Below are positions 1 through 10,147 of a stretch of 64,000 nucleotides of DNA, in pieces; position 1 is the stretch's first letter, and the number at the start of each line of letters is the position of its first letter. Below the pieces are notes generated by a model. The model made no database searches. It had not been told where the DNA came from and was given only the letters and a program-made list of their open reading frames with translations. A program made the position numbers and the translations under genes. Source of the stretch: an uncultured Clostridia bacterium (GTDB lineage: Bacteria > Bacillota > Clostridia > TANB77 > CAG-508). The DNA lies in contig CALXVM010000001.1 in assembly GCA_944392105.1 (NCBI GenBank), positions 110,514 through 174,513 of the forward strand. The letters are read 5' to 3'.

Positions 1-935
1 ATAATAAAATCTCAAGGAATGAATTTTGCAGTCCCAGATAAAGAAATAATAAGAAAAGCAATGCAAGACGTTGATATAGTACACTTTTATATGCCTTTTT
101 GGTTATCAAGAACAGCAAAAAAATTGCAGATGAATTAAAAATTCCAAATACAGCTGCATTTCATGTACAGCCAGAGAATATAACTTATACTATAAAAATG
201 GGAAAAGTTAAATTAATAAACGATAAAATATATGAAGAATTTAGAGATGACTTTTTTAATAAATTTAATAGAATTCACTGTCCAAGCGAATTTATAGCAA
301 ATCAATTAAGGGAGCATAACTATACAGCTAAATTATATGTAATTTCAAATGGTATACAGGAAAAATTTAAACCAATGCCAAAAGAAAAGAATGAAAAAAT
401 AATTATAACAATGGTAGGGCGTTTATCTGGCGAAAAAAGGCAAGACTTACTTTTTGAGGCTATAAAAAAATCTAAATATGAGAAAGATATTCAACTTGTT
501 TTAGCAGGTAAAGGACCTAAATATAAGCAATATGTAAAAATGGGGGAAGAGCTAACAAATAAGCCTATTATACAGTTTTGTAATGAGGAACAACTTTTAG
601 AATTATTACATAAAACAGATTTATATGTACATACATCAGATGCAGAGATAGAGGCTATATCTTGTATAGAAGCAATTGCGTGTGGAAATGTTCCTATTAT
701 ATCAAATAGTGATAAATCTGCTACTCCTCAATTTGCATTAGATGATAGAAGCCTATTTGAAGCGGGCAATAGTGATGATTTAGCTAAAAAAATAGATAAT
801 TGGCTAAGTAATAAGCAAGAACTTGAAAAAATGAGAAAAATATATGCTGAAAGTGCGAATAAATATAGAATAGAGAATAGTATGAAAAAAATAGAGGAGA
901 TGTTTGAAGATGAAATTGCTGAAAGGAATAACTAA
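1..935 (+). CDS. Family 4 glycosyltransferase, C-terminal part (N-terminus lies upstream of the window). The reading frame is interrupted by an apparent -1 frameshift in an A7 tract at 117-123.
   Basis: Frame 1 reads ...DIVHFYMPFWLSRTAKK and stops at 136. Frame 3 continues IADELKIP... through EAIACGNVPIISNS (a GT4 C-terminal motif). The join falls exactly in the A7 run; eight As would restore one ORF. Confidence 0.6.
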
Positions 936-1602
936 TTTCTTGCAAGATACATTCTATTACTTAATTGCTGTTCCAATTTTATTTGTAGTAAATAAAGTAG
1001 TATTAGGATATAAATTAATAGGAAAGGAAAATATAAAAAAAGTACCTGGAGCTAAAATAACAATTTCTAATCATGTACATACTATAGACTGCTCAATGAA
1101 TGGAATAGTAAATTTTCCACAATATTGTTATTTTATTACACTTCAAAGTAATGTGGATTTGCCTTTTATAGGAAAGCTTGTAAGACTATTAAGAGGAATA
1201 CCAATACCTTTAAAAATATCTGAAAAAGAAAAATTTTATGAAGAAATATCAAACTTATTAAAAAATGGTGAAACAGTGCATATATATCCAGAAGGAATGC
1301 TTAGACCATATGCTACAGATTTATTACAGTTTAAAAAAGGTGCTTTTGCAATGGCGGTGGAAAACAATGTGCCAATAGTACCAAGCGTTATTTTAACAAG
1401 AGAGCCAGATGGAATATACAAATGGTTTAAAAGAAAACCTCTATTTACTCAAGTTGTATTAGAGCCAATATATCCAGATATAACAATAGAAAATAAAGGT
1501 GAAAGAATAAAGAAAATGCTAGATGAGGCATATACAAAAATGAAAGAACAACTTGATAATAACAACGAAATTACTTATGAACAAGAAGAAGTAAAAGCGT
1601 AA
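904..1602 (+). CDS. Lysophospholipid acyltransferase of the PlsC/LPLAT family
   Basis: Has the NHVHTIDC (HxxxxD) motif and a YPEGMLRP (PEG) motif. It overlaps the end of the upstream glycosyltransferase, consistent with a glycolipid-synthesis pair. Confidence 0.6.
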   Translation: MKMKLLKGITNFLQDTFYYLIAVPILFVVNKVVLGYKLIGKENIKKVPGAKITISNHVHTIDCSMNGIVNFPQYCYFITLQSNVDLPFIGKLVRLLRGIPIPLKISEKEKFYEEISNLLKNGETVHIYPEGMLRPYATDLLQFKKGAFAMAVENNVPIVPSVILTREPDGIYKWFKRKPLFTQVVLEPIYPDITIENKGERIKKMLDEAYTKMKEQLDNNNEITYEQEEVKA

Positions 1603-1726
1603 TACAAAATAAAAACTATTTAGAATTAATATACAAAATAAAAAATTTTAAAACAAAAAACAACTTTAAATATATTAAGTTATGTATAAAATTAAATATT
1701 AAAACGTAGTTATACGTACAATAAAA

Positions 1727-1769
1727 AGAACCTTCTTAAATATGTAATACTTAAGGAGGTTCTTTTTTT
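1727..1769. terminator. Bidirectional rho-independent terminator
   Basis: The stem agaaccttcttaa / ttaaggaggttct is followed by a T7 run. It sits between convergent genes. Confidence 0.6.
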
Positions 1770-1787
1770 ACGCTATGAACGCAAAAA

Positions 1788-1988
1788 CTATTTCATTTGG
1801 TTTTCAGCTTGTTGGATTAATTTCTTAACCATTTGTCCACCTATTCTACCAGCGTCTCTTGAAGATAAATCTCCATTATAACCTTGTTTTAAATTAACAC
1901 CAACTTCGTTAGCTACTTCATATTTGAATCTGTTAAGAGCTTCTTTAGCTTCTGGAACTACAGAATAATTGCTGTTGTTATTTGCCAT
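1788..1988 (-). CDS. Small acid-soluble spore protein, alpha/beta type
   Basis: Translates to MANNNSNYSVVPEAKEALNRFKYEVANEVGVNLKQGYNGDLSSRDAGRIGGQMVKK, the SASP signature. An AGGAGGTG site lies 6 nt upstream of the ATG at 1988; the longer GTG-initiated ORF in the track was rejected. Confidence 0.85.
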   Translation of the reverse strand: MANNNSNYSVVPEAKEALNRFKYEVANEVGVNLKQGYNGDLSSRDAGRIGGQMVKKLIQQAENQMK

Positions 1989-2374
1989 GTGTTTCACCTC
2001 CTAAATTGTGATAAATAAAGCTTTGAAAAAACGATTTGTCTTTTCAATATATAGATTGTGCAATAACGAAAAAAATAAACTGGAAATTTATGAGAATACA
2101 AATATTGTAACTAACACAATAAAAAATATTAAAAATGTAATTTAAAATAATAATTTGATAGTTGCTTAAAATTTTGTAAAATAAATAGATAGACAATAAT
2201 TAGGGCTATAAAAATTTATTTTAAATAATTAAAATTCTAAAAAAATGTATTTAAAAATATTTTTTTGTATTATAATAATTATAAATGTAAAAAATAAGTC
2301 TAAACTTGTAATAAATTTAATCAAAAATTTAAAAAGGAAGGAGAGTATGGTTATATAAACTATACGAAAAATAT

Positions 2375-3250
2375 ATGTACAAATTAATAGCAATAGATCT
2401 TGATGGAACATTATTAAATTCATATGGAGTAATATCTGAAATAGATAAAGAGGCAATAAAAAAAGCAATAAAAAAAGGTGTAAAAGTAATTCTTACATCT
2501 GGAAGAGGTACAATGTCTGTTAAAAATTTTGCAAATGAACTTGAAATAGATGGTGATATTATTTGTGGAAATGGAGCTATAATATATAATTTACAAGAAG
2601 ATAGAATAATATACAACCAATATATAGATAAGAAAAAAGTTTTACAAATTATTAAAATTTGCGAAGAAAATAGTATATATTATAATGTATTTACAGAAGA
2701 TACAATATTAACAAGTTCGCTTGCCTATAATGTTTTGTTTTATAATCAAGAAAATGTAAAAAAGCCAGATAGCAAAAAAACAAATATAAATATTATACCA
2801 AACATATATAAATATGTTGAAGAAAGAGAAAAAGAAGATTATTTAAAAATTTGTATATGTGATAAGAACGACATTATATTTGGCGGTATTATGAAAAAGT
2901 TAAAAGAAGTAAAAAATGTTAATGTTATGGAAGTAGCACATATGGCAAGAAAACTTATTGCAAACGGTACAGACTATGTTCCTGTAGAATATTACATAAC
3001 AGAAATAATGAATCAAGATGCTGATAAATGGAACGCAGTTAAGTTTTTAGCTGATAAGTATAAAATAAAGACAGATGAAGTAATTACAATAGGTGATAAT
3101 GTAAATGATGAACAAATGCTTAAAAATGCTGGAATAGGCGTTGCAATGGGAAATAGTGCACCTTATATACAAGAAATGGCTAAGGAAGTAACTCTAGATA
3201 ATAATTCTGGAGGAGTAGCAAATGTAATAGAAAAATATATATTAAAATGA
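2375..3250 (+). CDS. Cof-type HAD-IIB hydrolase (sugar phosphatase)
   Basis: Begins MYKLIAIDLDGTLLNS and ends with GDNVNDEQMLKNAGIGVAMGNS. Confidence 0.7.
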   Translation: MYKLIAIDLDGTLLNSYGVISEIDKEAIKKAIKKGVKVILTSGRGTMSVKNFANELEIDGDIICGNGAIIYNLQEDRIIYNQYIDKKKVLQIIKICEENSIYYNVFTEDTILTSSLAYNVLFYNQENVKKPDSKKTNINIIPNIYKYVEEREKEDYLKICICDKNDIIFGGIMKKLKEVKNVNVMEVAHMARKLIANGTDYVPVEYYITEIMNQDADKWNAVKFLADKYKIKTDEVITIGDNVNDEQMLKNAGIGVAMGNSAPYIQEMAKEVTLDNNSGGVANVIEKYILK

Positions 3251-3384
3251 GACTAAATAATAATAAATGGAATATAAAAGTTGAAATTGGCTAATAAAAA
3301 TATAGCCGTAATTTAAATAATTAAAAATTGTATAAAAAATATAAAAAAAGCACATAACTATCTTTGATAGGAGTGTGTTTTTTT

Positions 3385-3657
3385 ATGGATAACGAAGAAA
3401 AAAATCAGATAGATATAAGTAAAGATTTTGATAGTTATAAAAATAAGTTACAAGAGAAAGAAAGCCAAAGTGAAATAAAAGAAGAAATAGAAAGAAGAGA
3501 AAAAATAGATGAGACAAAAGAAGAGATAGGAGAAATAGAAGATACTACAAAATATGGAGAATTTGTATCTTCTTATTTTGCATGGCTTACACTTGACAGG
3601 CAGAAGAAAACAGCAAAAAAATTAGAGAATATAACCAAAAAAGGTAAAGAATTTTAA
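3385..3657 (+). CDS. Hypothetical small protein rich in Glu and Lys
   Basis: ORF preceded by a weak GGAG site. Low-complexity composition and no recognisable motif. Confidence 0.3.
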   Translation: MDNEEKNQIDISKDFDSYKNKLQEKESQSEIKEEIERREKIDETKEEIGEIEDTTKYGEFVSSYFAWLTLDRQKKTAKKLENITKKGKEF

Positions 3658-3665
3658 AAAAAGTA

Positions 3666-3726
3666 TTGCAAAATAAAAAAAACGTAGTATAATAATAATG
3701 TAGGTCAAAGAAAGTCAAAGTCAAAA
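3666..3726 (+). promoter_or_regulatory. SigA-type promoter (TTGCAA, 16 nt, TATAAT) with a CtsR operator (tandem GTCAAA heptad repeats) directly downstream of the -10
   Basis: TTGCAA lies at 3666-3671 and TATAAT at 3688-3693. The sequence aGGTCAAAgaaAGTCAAAGTCAAAa at 3702-3726 matches the CtsR box consensus (A/G)GTCAAAnAn(A/G)GTCAAA. Confidence 0.75.
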
Positions 3727-3748
3727 ATAAAGAAAAGAGGCGAATAAA

Positions 3749-4198
3749 ATGAGAATATCAGATATAATAGAAGATTTTATAAAAGAAATGTTTGACGATA
3801 CAGATTTTATAGAAATACAAAGAAATGACTTAGCACAACATTTTAATTGTGTTCCATCCCAAATAAATTATGTCATTTCCACAAGATTTAAACCGTCACA
3901 AGGTTATTATGTAGAAAGCAAAAGAGGTGGAGGCGGACATATAACTATAAAAAGGATAAACACAACTAAAAGTAATGCACTAATGCATATTATATCTAGT
4001 ATAGGAGATAAAATAACCGCTCAAGAAGTAGATATTTTTATTAGAAACTTGCTTTCTAAAGACTATATAAATAGAAATGAAGCTAAATTATTAAAAGTAG
4101 CAACAAGTGATAATGTACTTACAATATCAAATGATATAAAGGATATTATAAGAGCAAAAATATTTAAGAATATGCTTATAAATTTAGTGGAAGATTAA
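3749..4198 (+). CDS. ctsR: CtsR, repressor of class III stress genes
   Basis: Contains MRISDIIEDFIKEMF...QRNDLAQHFNCVPSQINYVISTRF. It is the first gene of the ctsR-mcsA-mcsB-clpC operon. Confidence 0.9.
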   Translation: MRISDIIEDFIKEMFDDTDFIEIQRNDLAQHFNCVPSQINYVISTRFKPSQGYYVESKRGGGGHITIKRINTTKSNALMHIISSIGDKITAQEVDIFIRNLLSKDYINRNEAKLLKVATSDNVLTISNDIKDIIRAKIFKNMLINLVED

Positions 4199-4370
4199 GT
4201 AAAAGTTAGAATAGGAATTAAGAAGAAAAAACAAATGACGATAAATATTAAAATAATAAAAAGGTTAATTAAATAAAAGTTAAATGAATATTACAATAAG
4301 ATTTTAGAAAAAAATTAAGTTAAACAGATAAAAAATAAACAAACATAAAAAATAAAGGAGGTAGATTTTT

Positions 4371-4955
4371 ATGTTATGTCAAAATTGTGGAAAAAAAGAG
4401 GTTAATTTTAGATATACTCAAATTGTAAATGGCGTAAAAAAAGAAATGGCTTTATGTGAGGATTGTGCAAGAAAATTAGGACTATATAATGATATGGATT
4501 TTAGTATGCCAATTAGTATGTCAAGCTTTTTAGGAGATATGCTTGGCAACTACGAAGAAGCTTTTTTACCAAGCTTTAGTAGCATAGCAACTTCTAAATG
4601 TAATACTTGTGGAACAGACTATGATGAATTTATAGAAAGAGGGCTACTAGGTTGTGAAAATTGTTATGATGTATTTTCAAATAAAATAGACTCATTATTA
4701 AAAAATATTCATGGCTCAAACAGACACGTAGGAAGAATAAGCAAATTTATAGAAAGTAATAATAATTTAAATGAGTTTAACAAAGCAGAAAAAGAACTAA
4801 AAAATAATAAAAAAGAAAAAGTTTCAAAAATTGAAGAGCTAAAAGAAAAACTTAATAAAGCTATAAAAGAAGAACGTTATGAAGATGCAGCTAAAATAAG
4901 AGATGAAATAAAAAAAGAGGACAAGAAGTTGAACAAAGACAATAATAAAAAATAA
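4371..4955 (+). CDS. mcsA: McsA, activator of the protein-arginine kinase (zinc fingers plus UVR domain)
   Basis: CxxC pairs (CQNCG, CEDC, CNTCG, CENC) and a C-terminal UVR motif (ERYEDAAKIRDEIKK). Operon position fits. Confidence 0.85.
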   Translation: MLCQNCGKKEVNFRYTQIVNGVKKEMALCEDCARKLGLYNDMDFSMPISMSSFLGDMLGNYEEAFLPSFSSIATSKCNTCGTDYDEFIERGLLGCENCYDVFSNKIDSLLKNIHGSNRHVGRISKFIESNNNLNEFNKAEKELKNNKKEKVSKIEELKEKLNKAIKEERYEDAAKIRDEIKKEDKKLNKDNNKK

Positions 4956-4997
4956 TTATAAGAGAAAAATAATACAAAATTAGGAGGAAGAAAAGTA

Positions 4998-6032
4998 ATG
5001 TCTAATTGGTATGTTCAAACAGGTAAAGATTCAGATGTTGTTATAAGCTCAAGAGTGAGGTTAGCAAGAAATATAAAAGGAATTCCTTTTATAACAAAAT
5101 GTAATCAAGAAAACTTAGAAAAAGTAATTGATATAATGAATAATGTTGTAAATAGCTTAGGTTATGGTTTAAAACTTTTCAAAATGGATAAAATAGACAA
5201 TATAACTAAATTAAGTTTAGTAGAAAAGCATTTAATAAGTCCTGAGTTTATTTCAAAAAATGATAACACAATAACACAAAATCTAAAAGCAATATTGTTA
5301 AATGATGATGAAAATATTTGTATTATGATAAATGAAGAAGATCATTTAAGAATACAAGTTTTTGGTGCAGGTTTAGATTTGGAAAATTTAAAAAATTTAA
5401 TAGTAGAAATAGATGAAAAAATAGATGAGGCTTGCCATTATGCATGTAACGAAAAATATGGATATTTAACAGCTTGCCCAACAAATGTTGGTACAGGAAT
5501 GCGAGCTTCTGTTATGGTTCATCTTCCTGCTTTAACAATGACAGGAAATATTAACAAAGTATTACAAATTGTTAATAATTTTGGGATGAATATAAGAGGC
5601 TTATATGGTGAAGGTTCTCAAAGTGTGGGCAATATATATCAAATTTCAAATAATCAATCTTTAGGTTTAACAGAAGATGAGATTATTAAAAATTTGAATA
5701 TAATAACGTCAAAAATAATAGAGCAAGAAAGATTAGCTAGAAAAAACTTAACAAAAGAACCTTTAGAGTTAGAAGATAGAATATGCCGTTCATACGGTAT
5801 ATTAACTAATGCAAGAAAACTTACATCAGAAGAGTGCTTAAAACTTTGGTCAGATGTAAAGCTAGGGATGGACTTAGGAATAATAGATGGATTAACAGAC
5901 TTAAAAGTAAACAAAATTAAAATATATAGTCAATCTGGAAACTTGCAAAAATATTTAGGTAATCAGTTAAATGCCTATGAAAGAGATATAGAAAGACCTA
6001 AATTAATTAATAAAATAATAAATGAAAATTAA
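4998..6032 (+). CDS. mcsB: McsB protein-arginine kinase (ATP:guanido phosphotransferase family)
   Basis: Phosphagen-kinase-like core (CPTNVGTGMRASVMVHLP). Operon position fits. Confidence 0.85.
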   Translation: MSNWYVQTGKDSDVVISSRVRLARNIKGIPFITKCNQENLEKVIDIMNNVVNSLGYGLKLFKMDKIDNITKLSLVEKHLISPEFISKNDNTITQNLKAILLNDDENICIMINEEDHLRIQVFGAGLDLENLKNLIVEIDEKIDEACHYACNEKYGYLTACPTNVGTGMRASVMVHLPALTMTGNINKVLQIVNNFGMNIRGLYGEGSQSVGNIYQISNNQSLGLTEDEIIKNLNIITSKIIEQERLARKNLTKEPLELEDRICRSYGILTNARKLTSEECLKLWSDVKLGMDLGIIDGLTDLKVNKIKIYSQSGNLQKYLGNQLNAYERDIERPKLINKIINEN

Positions 6033-6051
6033 GTGAAAGGAAGTGTTACAT

Positions 6052-8499
6052 ATGGTTTATAAATTTACAAATAGAGCTGAAAAAGCTTTAGAAATAGCAA
6101 ATGACTTAGCAACAGAGTTAGGACATAATTATATAGGAACAGAACATATTTTATATGGTTTGGCAAAAGAAGGCACTGGTGTTGCAAGTAAAGTTTTGGA
6201 AATGCAAAATGTTACACCAGAACAGATAAAAGAAGAAATAGAAGCATTAATTGGTGTTGGTGCAGAATTAGAAAATGGAACAGTAGGATTTACTCCAAGA
6301 ACTAAAAGAGTTATAGAAAATGCATTTAGAGAAGCAAGAAAATTAGGTTCTGAGTATATAGGAACAGAGCATCTATTAATAGGAATTATGCGTGAAGGAG
6401 ATAGTATTGCAGTTCGTATAATGATGAACTTAAATATAAATCCTCAAAGATTATATACAGAAATTTTAAAAGTAATAAACGAAGACGAAAATGCTTTTAA
6501 TAATGAAAAGTCAAATAATAATAGTACTTATGGAAGTTATAATCAAACAACTACTTTAAATCAATATGGTGCAGATTTAACAAAACAAGCAAAAGAAGGA
6601 AAGTTAGACCCTGTTATTGGTAGAAAAAAGGAAATAGATAGAGTAATTGAGATTTTATCAAGAAGAACTAAAAACAATCCATGTTTAATTGGTGAACCAG
6701 GTGTTGGTAAAACAGCAGTAGTAGAGGGATTAGCTGAAAAAATTACTTCAGATGATGTACCAGAAATGCTAAAAAATAAAAGAGTAGTTAGTATAGATAT
6801 ATCAAGTATGGTTGCAGGTGCGAAATACAGAGGAGACTTCGAGGAGAGAATAAAAAAATGCTTAGAAGAAGTTAAAAAAGTAAAAGATGTTATACTATTT
6901 ATAGATGAAATTCATACTATTGTAGGTGCAGGCTCTGCAGAAGGCGCAGTAGATGCGGCAAATATTTTAAAACCACTTTTAGCAAGAGGAGAAGTTCAAG
7001 TAGTTGGTGCTACAACTTTAAATGAATATAGAAAATATATTGAAAAAGATGCAGCTTTGGAAAGAAGATTTAGCCCTGTTATGGTTGGAGAGCCTACTGC
7101 AGAGGAGACTATTCAAATTTTAAATGGTATTAGAGACAAATATGAAGCACATCATAATGTAAAAATTAGTGAAGAAGCTATAAAAGCAGCAGTTAACTTA
7201 TCTGTTAGATATATAAATGATAGATTTTTGCCAGATAAAGCAATAGACTTAGTAGATGAGGCAGCATCAAGGGTAAGGATGAAAACTTACACAGTGCCAG
7301 ATTCTTTAAAGAAATTGGAAGATAAAATTTCAGAACTTGACAAAGAAAAAGAAGAGGCAATAAGGGTACAAGATTTTGAAAAAGCTGCCACATTAAGAGA
7401 TGAGGAAAATAAGGCAAAAGAGGAACTTTCTAAAGGAAAAGAAAAATGGCATAATAAAAATAGTAAAAATGTTGTTACTTTAACCGAAGAAGATATTGCA
7501 GATGTTGTAGCAAATTGGACAGGAATACCTGTAAAAAAGATTAGCCAAGATGAAAATGAGAGATTAAAAAACTTAGAGGCAGAGCTTCACAAGAGAGTTA
7601 TTGGACAAAACGAAGCAGTAGAAGCTGTAAGTAAAGCTATAAGAAGAGGCAGATTAGGATTAAAAGATCCAAATAGACCAATTGGTTCGTTCTTGTTCTT
7701 AGGTCCAACTGGTGTAGGTAAAACAGAACTTTCAAAAGCATTAGCAGAAAGTCTATTTGGCTCAGAAGATGCAATGATAAGAATTGATATGTCTGAATAT
7801 ATGGAGCCACATTCTGTTTCTAAATTAATTGGTTCGCCTCCAGGATATGTAGGTTTTGATGATGGTGGACAATTAACAGAGAAAATAAGAAGAAAACCAT
7901 ATTCTGTAATATTATTTGATGAGATTGAAAAGGCACATCCAGATGTAATGAATATGTTGCTTCAAATTTTAGATGATGGACGTTTAACAGACGCACAAGG
8001 AAGAACTGTAAACTTTAAAAATACAGTGATTATAATGACATCAAATGTAGGAGCAAGAATAATTACAGACAAAACATCTTTAGGATTTTCAAATGATAGC
8101 AAAAAAGATGATAGCGTAGATAAAGACTATGAAAGCATTAAAAAAGATGTAATGGCAGAATTAAAGAAACAATTTAGACCAGAGTTTTTAAATAGAATTG
8201 ATGAAATTATTGTGTTCCATAAATTAAATGACGAAGATGTAAAGAAAATTATAGACATAATGATAAATCAATTAGAAAAGAGACTTAATGCTCAAAATAT
8301 TACATTAGATGTAGACGACAAAGTAAAAGACCTTATTGCTAAAAAAGGTGTAGACAGAAACTATGGTGCAAGACCATTAAAAAGAGCAATACAGAATATG
8401 TTAGAGGACAAAATTGCAGAAGAAATGCTAGACGGAAAGGTAAAACAAGGAAAGAAAAACATAGCAACTGTTGAAGATGACAAAATTGTGATAAAATAA
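6052..8499 (+). CDS. clpC: ClpC, ATP-dependent Clp protease ATP-binding subunit
   Basis: Two Clp N repeats, two AAA+ modules (GEPGVGKT and GPTGVGKT) and a UVR-like linker. The ATG at 6052 is preceded by AAAGGAAG. Confidence 0.9.
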   Translation: MVYKFTNRAEKALEIANDLATELGHNYIGTEHILYGLAKEGTGVASKVLEMQNVTPEQIKEEIEALIGVGAELENGTVGFTPRTKRVIENAFREARKLGSEYIGTEHLLIGIMREGDSIAVRIMMNLNINPQRLYTEILKVINEDENAFNNEKSNNNSTYGSYNQTTTLNQYGADLTKQAKEGKLDPVIGRKKEIDRVIEILSRRTKNNPCLIGEPGVGKTAVVEGLAEKITSDDVPEMLKNKRVVSIDISSMVAGAKYRGDFEERIKKCLEEVKKVKDVILFIDEIHTIVGAGSAEGAVDAANILKPLLARGEVQVVGATTLNEYRKYIEKDAALERRFSPVMVGEPTAEETIQILNGIRDKYEAHHNVKISEEAIKAAVNLSVRYINDRFLPDKAIDLVDEAASRVRMKTYTVPDSLKKLEDKISELDKEKEEAIRVQDFEKAATLRDEENKAKEELSKGKEKWHNKNSKNVVTLTEEDIADVVANWTGIPVKKISQDENERLKNLEAELHKRVIGQNEAVEAVSKAIRRGRLGLKDPNRPIGSFLFLGPTGVGKTELSKALAESLFGSEDAMIRIDMSEYMEPHSVSKLIGSPPGYVGFDDGGQLTEKIRRKPYSVILFDEIEKAHPDVMNMLLQILDDGRLTDAQGRTVNFKNTVIIMTSNVGARIITDKTSLGFSNDSKKDDSVDKDYESIKKDVMAELKKQFRPEFLNRIDEIIVFHKLNDEDVKKIIDIMINQLEKRLNAQNITLDVDDKVKDLIAKKGVDRNYGARPLKRAIQNMLEDKIAEEMLDGKVKQGKKNIATVEDDKIVIK

Positions 8500-8695
8500 T
8501 ATTTATTGTAACAAAAATGCATTTTATTTAATATTGTTTAAATAAATAGAAAAAAATAACTTTTAGTATAGCAAATTCTAAAATTAATGTCTATTTTAAA
8601 ATTAATATTACTTGTGTTTTTTGAAATATAAAAGCATTGCTAAAAATAAAACCACATGCTATAATAAGTTCATACCAAAAGAGAAGGTGTATGAA

Positions 8696-9037
8696 ATGGA
8701 CTTTATAATAGCATGTGTTTTTGTTTTATTATTTATAGTTATAGCATTAGTGCTACTTGCTGTTTTTCAGATAAGGATGGCAGGTATTAAAATAAAAGAT
8801 TTTTATGGTTTTATACAAGCAAACCAAATGTTAGATAAATTAGCAAGATTCGCGAGAAGATATGAAAATATGTCTCCGCAAGAACAAGTAATATATTTAA
8901 AGGAAGCGGAAAAAATATTTGAGGCATATGACAAAATACCAAGTGTAATATGGGAAGATCAATATAGGGAATATCAAAAAGTACTTGATGCATATAAAAA
9001 TATTAGAGTACTAAGATGGGAAGATAGTAAAAAATAA
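8696..9037 (+). CDS. Hypothetical membrane-anchored protein
   Basis: N-terminal transmembrane helix (FIIACVFVLLFIVIALVLLAVF). No recognisable domain. Confidence 0.4.
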   Translation: MDFIIACVFVLLFIVIALVLLAVFQIRMAGIKIKDFYGFIQANQMLDKLARFARRYENMSPQEQVIYLKEAEKIFEAYDKIPSVIWEDQYREYQKVLDAYKNIRVLRWEDSKK

Positions 9038-9045
9038 AAGAGGAA

Positions 9046-9067
9046 GCCCCTGCATTTCTGCAGGGGC
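9046..9067. terminator. GC-rich hairpin acting as a bidirectional terminator at the edge of the GC-rich insert
   Basis: gcccctgca-tttc-tgcaggggc. A U-rich tract follows on the minus strand. Confidence 0.55.
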
Positions 9068-9136
9068 TTTGACTTGTGGCATGCACTATACAAGAAGTAA
9101 AGCCAGGTTCATAAGTTTAGTTTGCCTACAAGAGGC

Positions 9137-10147
9137 TTACTTATAAATATGAACTACACCGGGACCTCCAGCTGTGAGCATGGAGTTGTCGTACCAGATA
9201 TTCAGGCCAAACGCTTCTACGACGAAGCGGGCAGGAACCAAAGTACGATCACCAGTAACAATGGGTGCAACTGCCATTTGCAGCCACTTACCATCATATC
9301 TCATATACGGGTAACCGATATAGAGGTTGATAGTGTGGTTACGATTGCTGATATTGACCTGCTGAGCCTGACCGCCGACCCATTTTACATCATATCCGAG
9401 CATTTCGCCAAGTGCGTATACCGGAATCATTGTGTAACCGGGATCTACCACAATAGGCTGCTGGTCGGGGAAGTTTACGCGTTCCCCGTTCAGCATAACA
9501 ATAATGGGAGTTCGCCCATCGTTGTTAATAAAGACACTATCGTCATAACGGTAGTACTTGTAGCCAAGAGCAGTAGCCCATTGCTGCAGGGTCTGGTAAG
9601 AAGTACTTACGTTTGTGGGTGTGGTTCCGAAAATTGCCTTTAGACTGTCCGTCTGAGGATAATTCACATAGACACTACCCGTGTTGCTACCATACGTGTA
9701 AGCAGCATTGGAAACGTAAAAACCGTTTCTGTACACTTTAACAGTGCGGATATACGGTTCTTCGTCTTCACTGTCATCGTACCAAGGATAATCGTCATCA
9801 TCGATGACGGGGTTATCGTGGTATCTGTCAGAATACAAGTAAACCTTGTTATTCTTTACCGTAATGTCATAGCCGAATTCGTCAGCCCAATCATTAAGGC
9901 AGACATCGTCGTTAGGAGATGCTGAAAGCATATCCTCGGTTTCATCCGGGAAAATATCACGGATATCGTCCCAGGAATCAACATAAACGTCATCATGCCG
10001 GTCCTGATAGGCATCACTTACGCCAGTGTAGTCGTTGTCGACATACACCTTCATGCTTCCGGTAGCAGCAAATGCTACGGTAGACATGCTGAGCATCATG
10101 ACTACTGCAAGAACAGCAGCCATAAGCCGTTTACTAGTTTTCAACAT
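9137..10147 (-). CDS. Secreted protein carrying tandem C-terminal copper-amine-oxidase N-terminal-like stalk domains. The gene is compositionally foreign, at about 50% GC.
   Basis: Signal peptide ...STVAFA|AT. Stalk-domain signatures TLVPARFVVEAFGLNIWYD and MIPVYALGEMLGYDVKWV. An AGGAGG site precedes the start. Local GC is about 50% against a host average of about 28%. Confidence 0.7.
   Translation of the reverse strand: MLKTSKRLMAAVLAVVMMLSMSTVAFAATGSMKVYVDNDYTGVSDAYQDRHDDVYVDSWDDIRDIFPDETEDMLSASPNDDVCLNDWADEFGYDITVKNNKVYLYSDRYHDNPVIDDDDYPWYDDSEDEEPYIRTVKVYRNGFYVSNAAYTYGSNTGSVYVNYPQTDSLKAIFGTTPTNVSTSYQTLQQWATALGYKYYRYDDSVFINNDGRTPIIVMLNGERVNFPDQQPIVVDPGYTMIPVYALGEMLGYDVKWVGGQAQQVNISNRNHTINLYIGYPYMRYDGKWLQMAVAPIVTGDRTLVPARFVVEAFGLNIWYDNSMLTAGGPGVVHIYK

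Noticed and set aside
1989-1997. Longer SASP ORF beginning MKH at a GTG
   Set aside because: The AGGAGG site is positioned for the downstream ATG (MANNNS...); the GTG lies inside the SD spacer.
2229-2616. Minus-strand ORFs of 79-95 aa overlapping the HAD gene start and its upstream region
   Set aside because: Poly-Ile/Leu/Phe translations from AT-rich DNA; they overlap a strongly supported plus-strand gene.
9122-9643. 173-aa plus-strand ORF inside the GC-rich region
   Set aside because: It is antisense to the well-supported minus-strand gene at 9137-10147. GC-rich DNA yields long spurious antisense ORFs. It has no ribosome-binding site.
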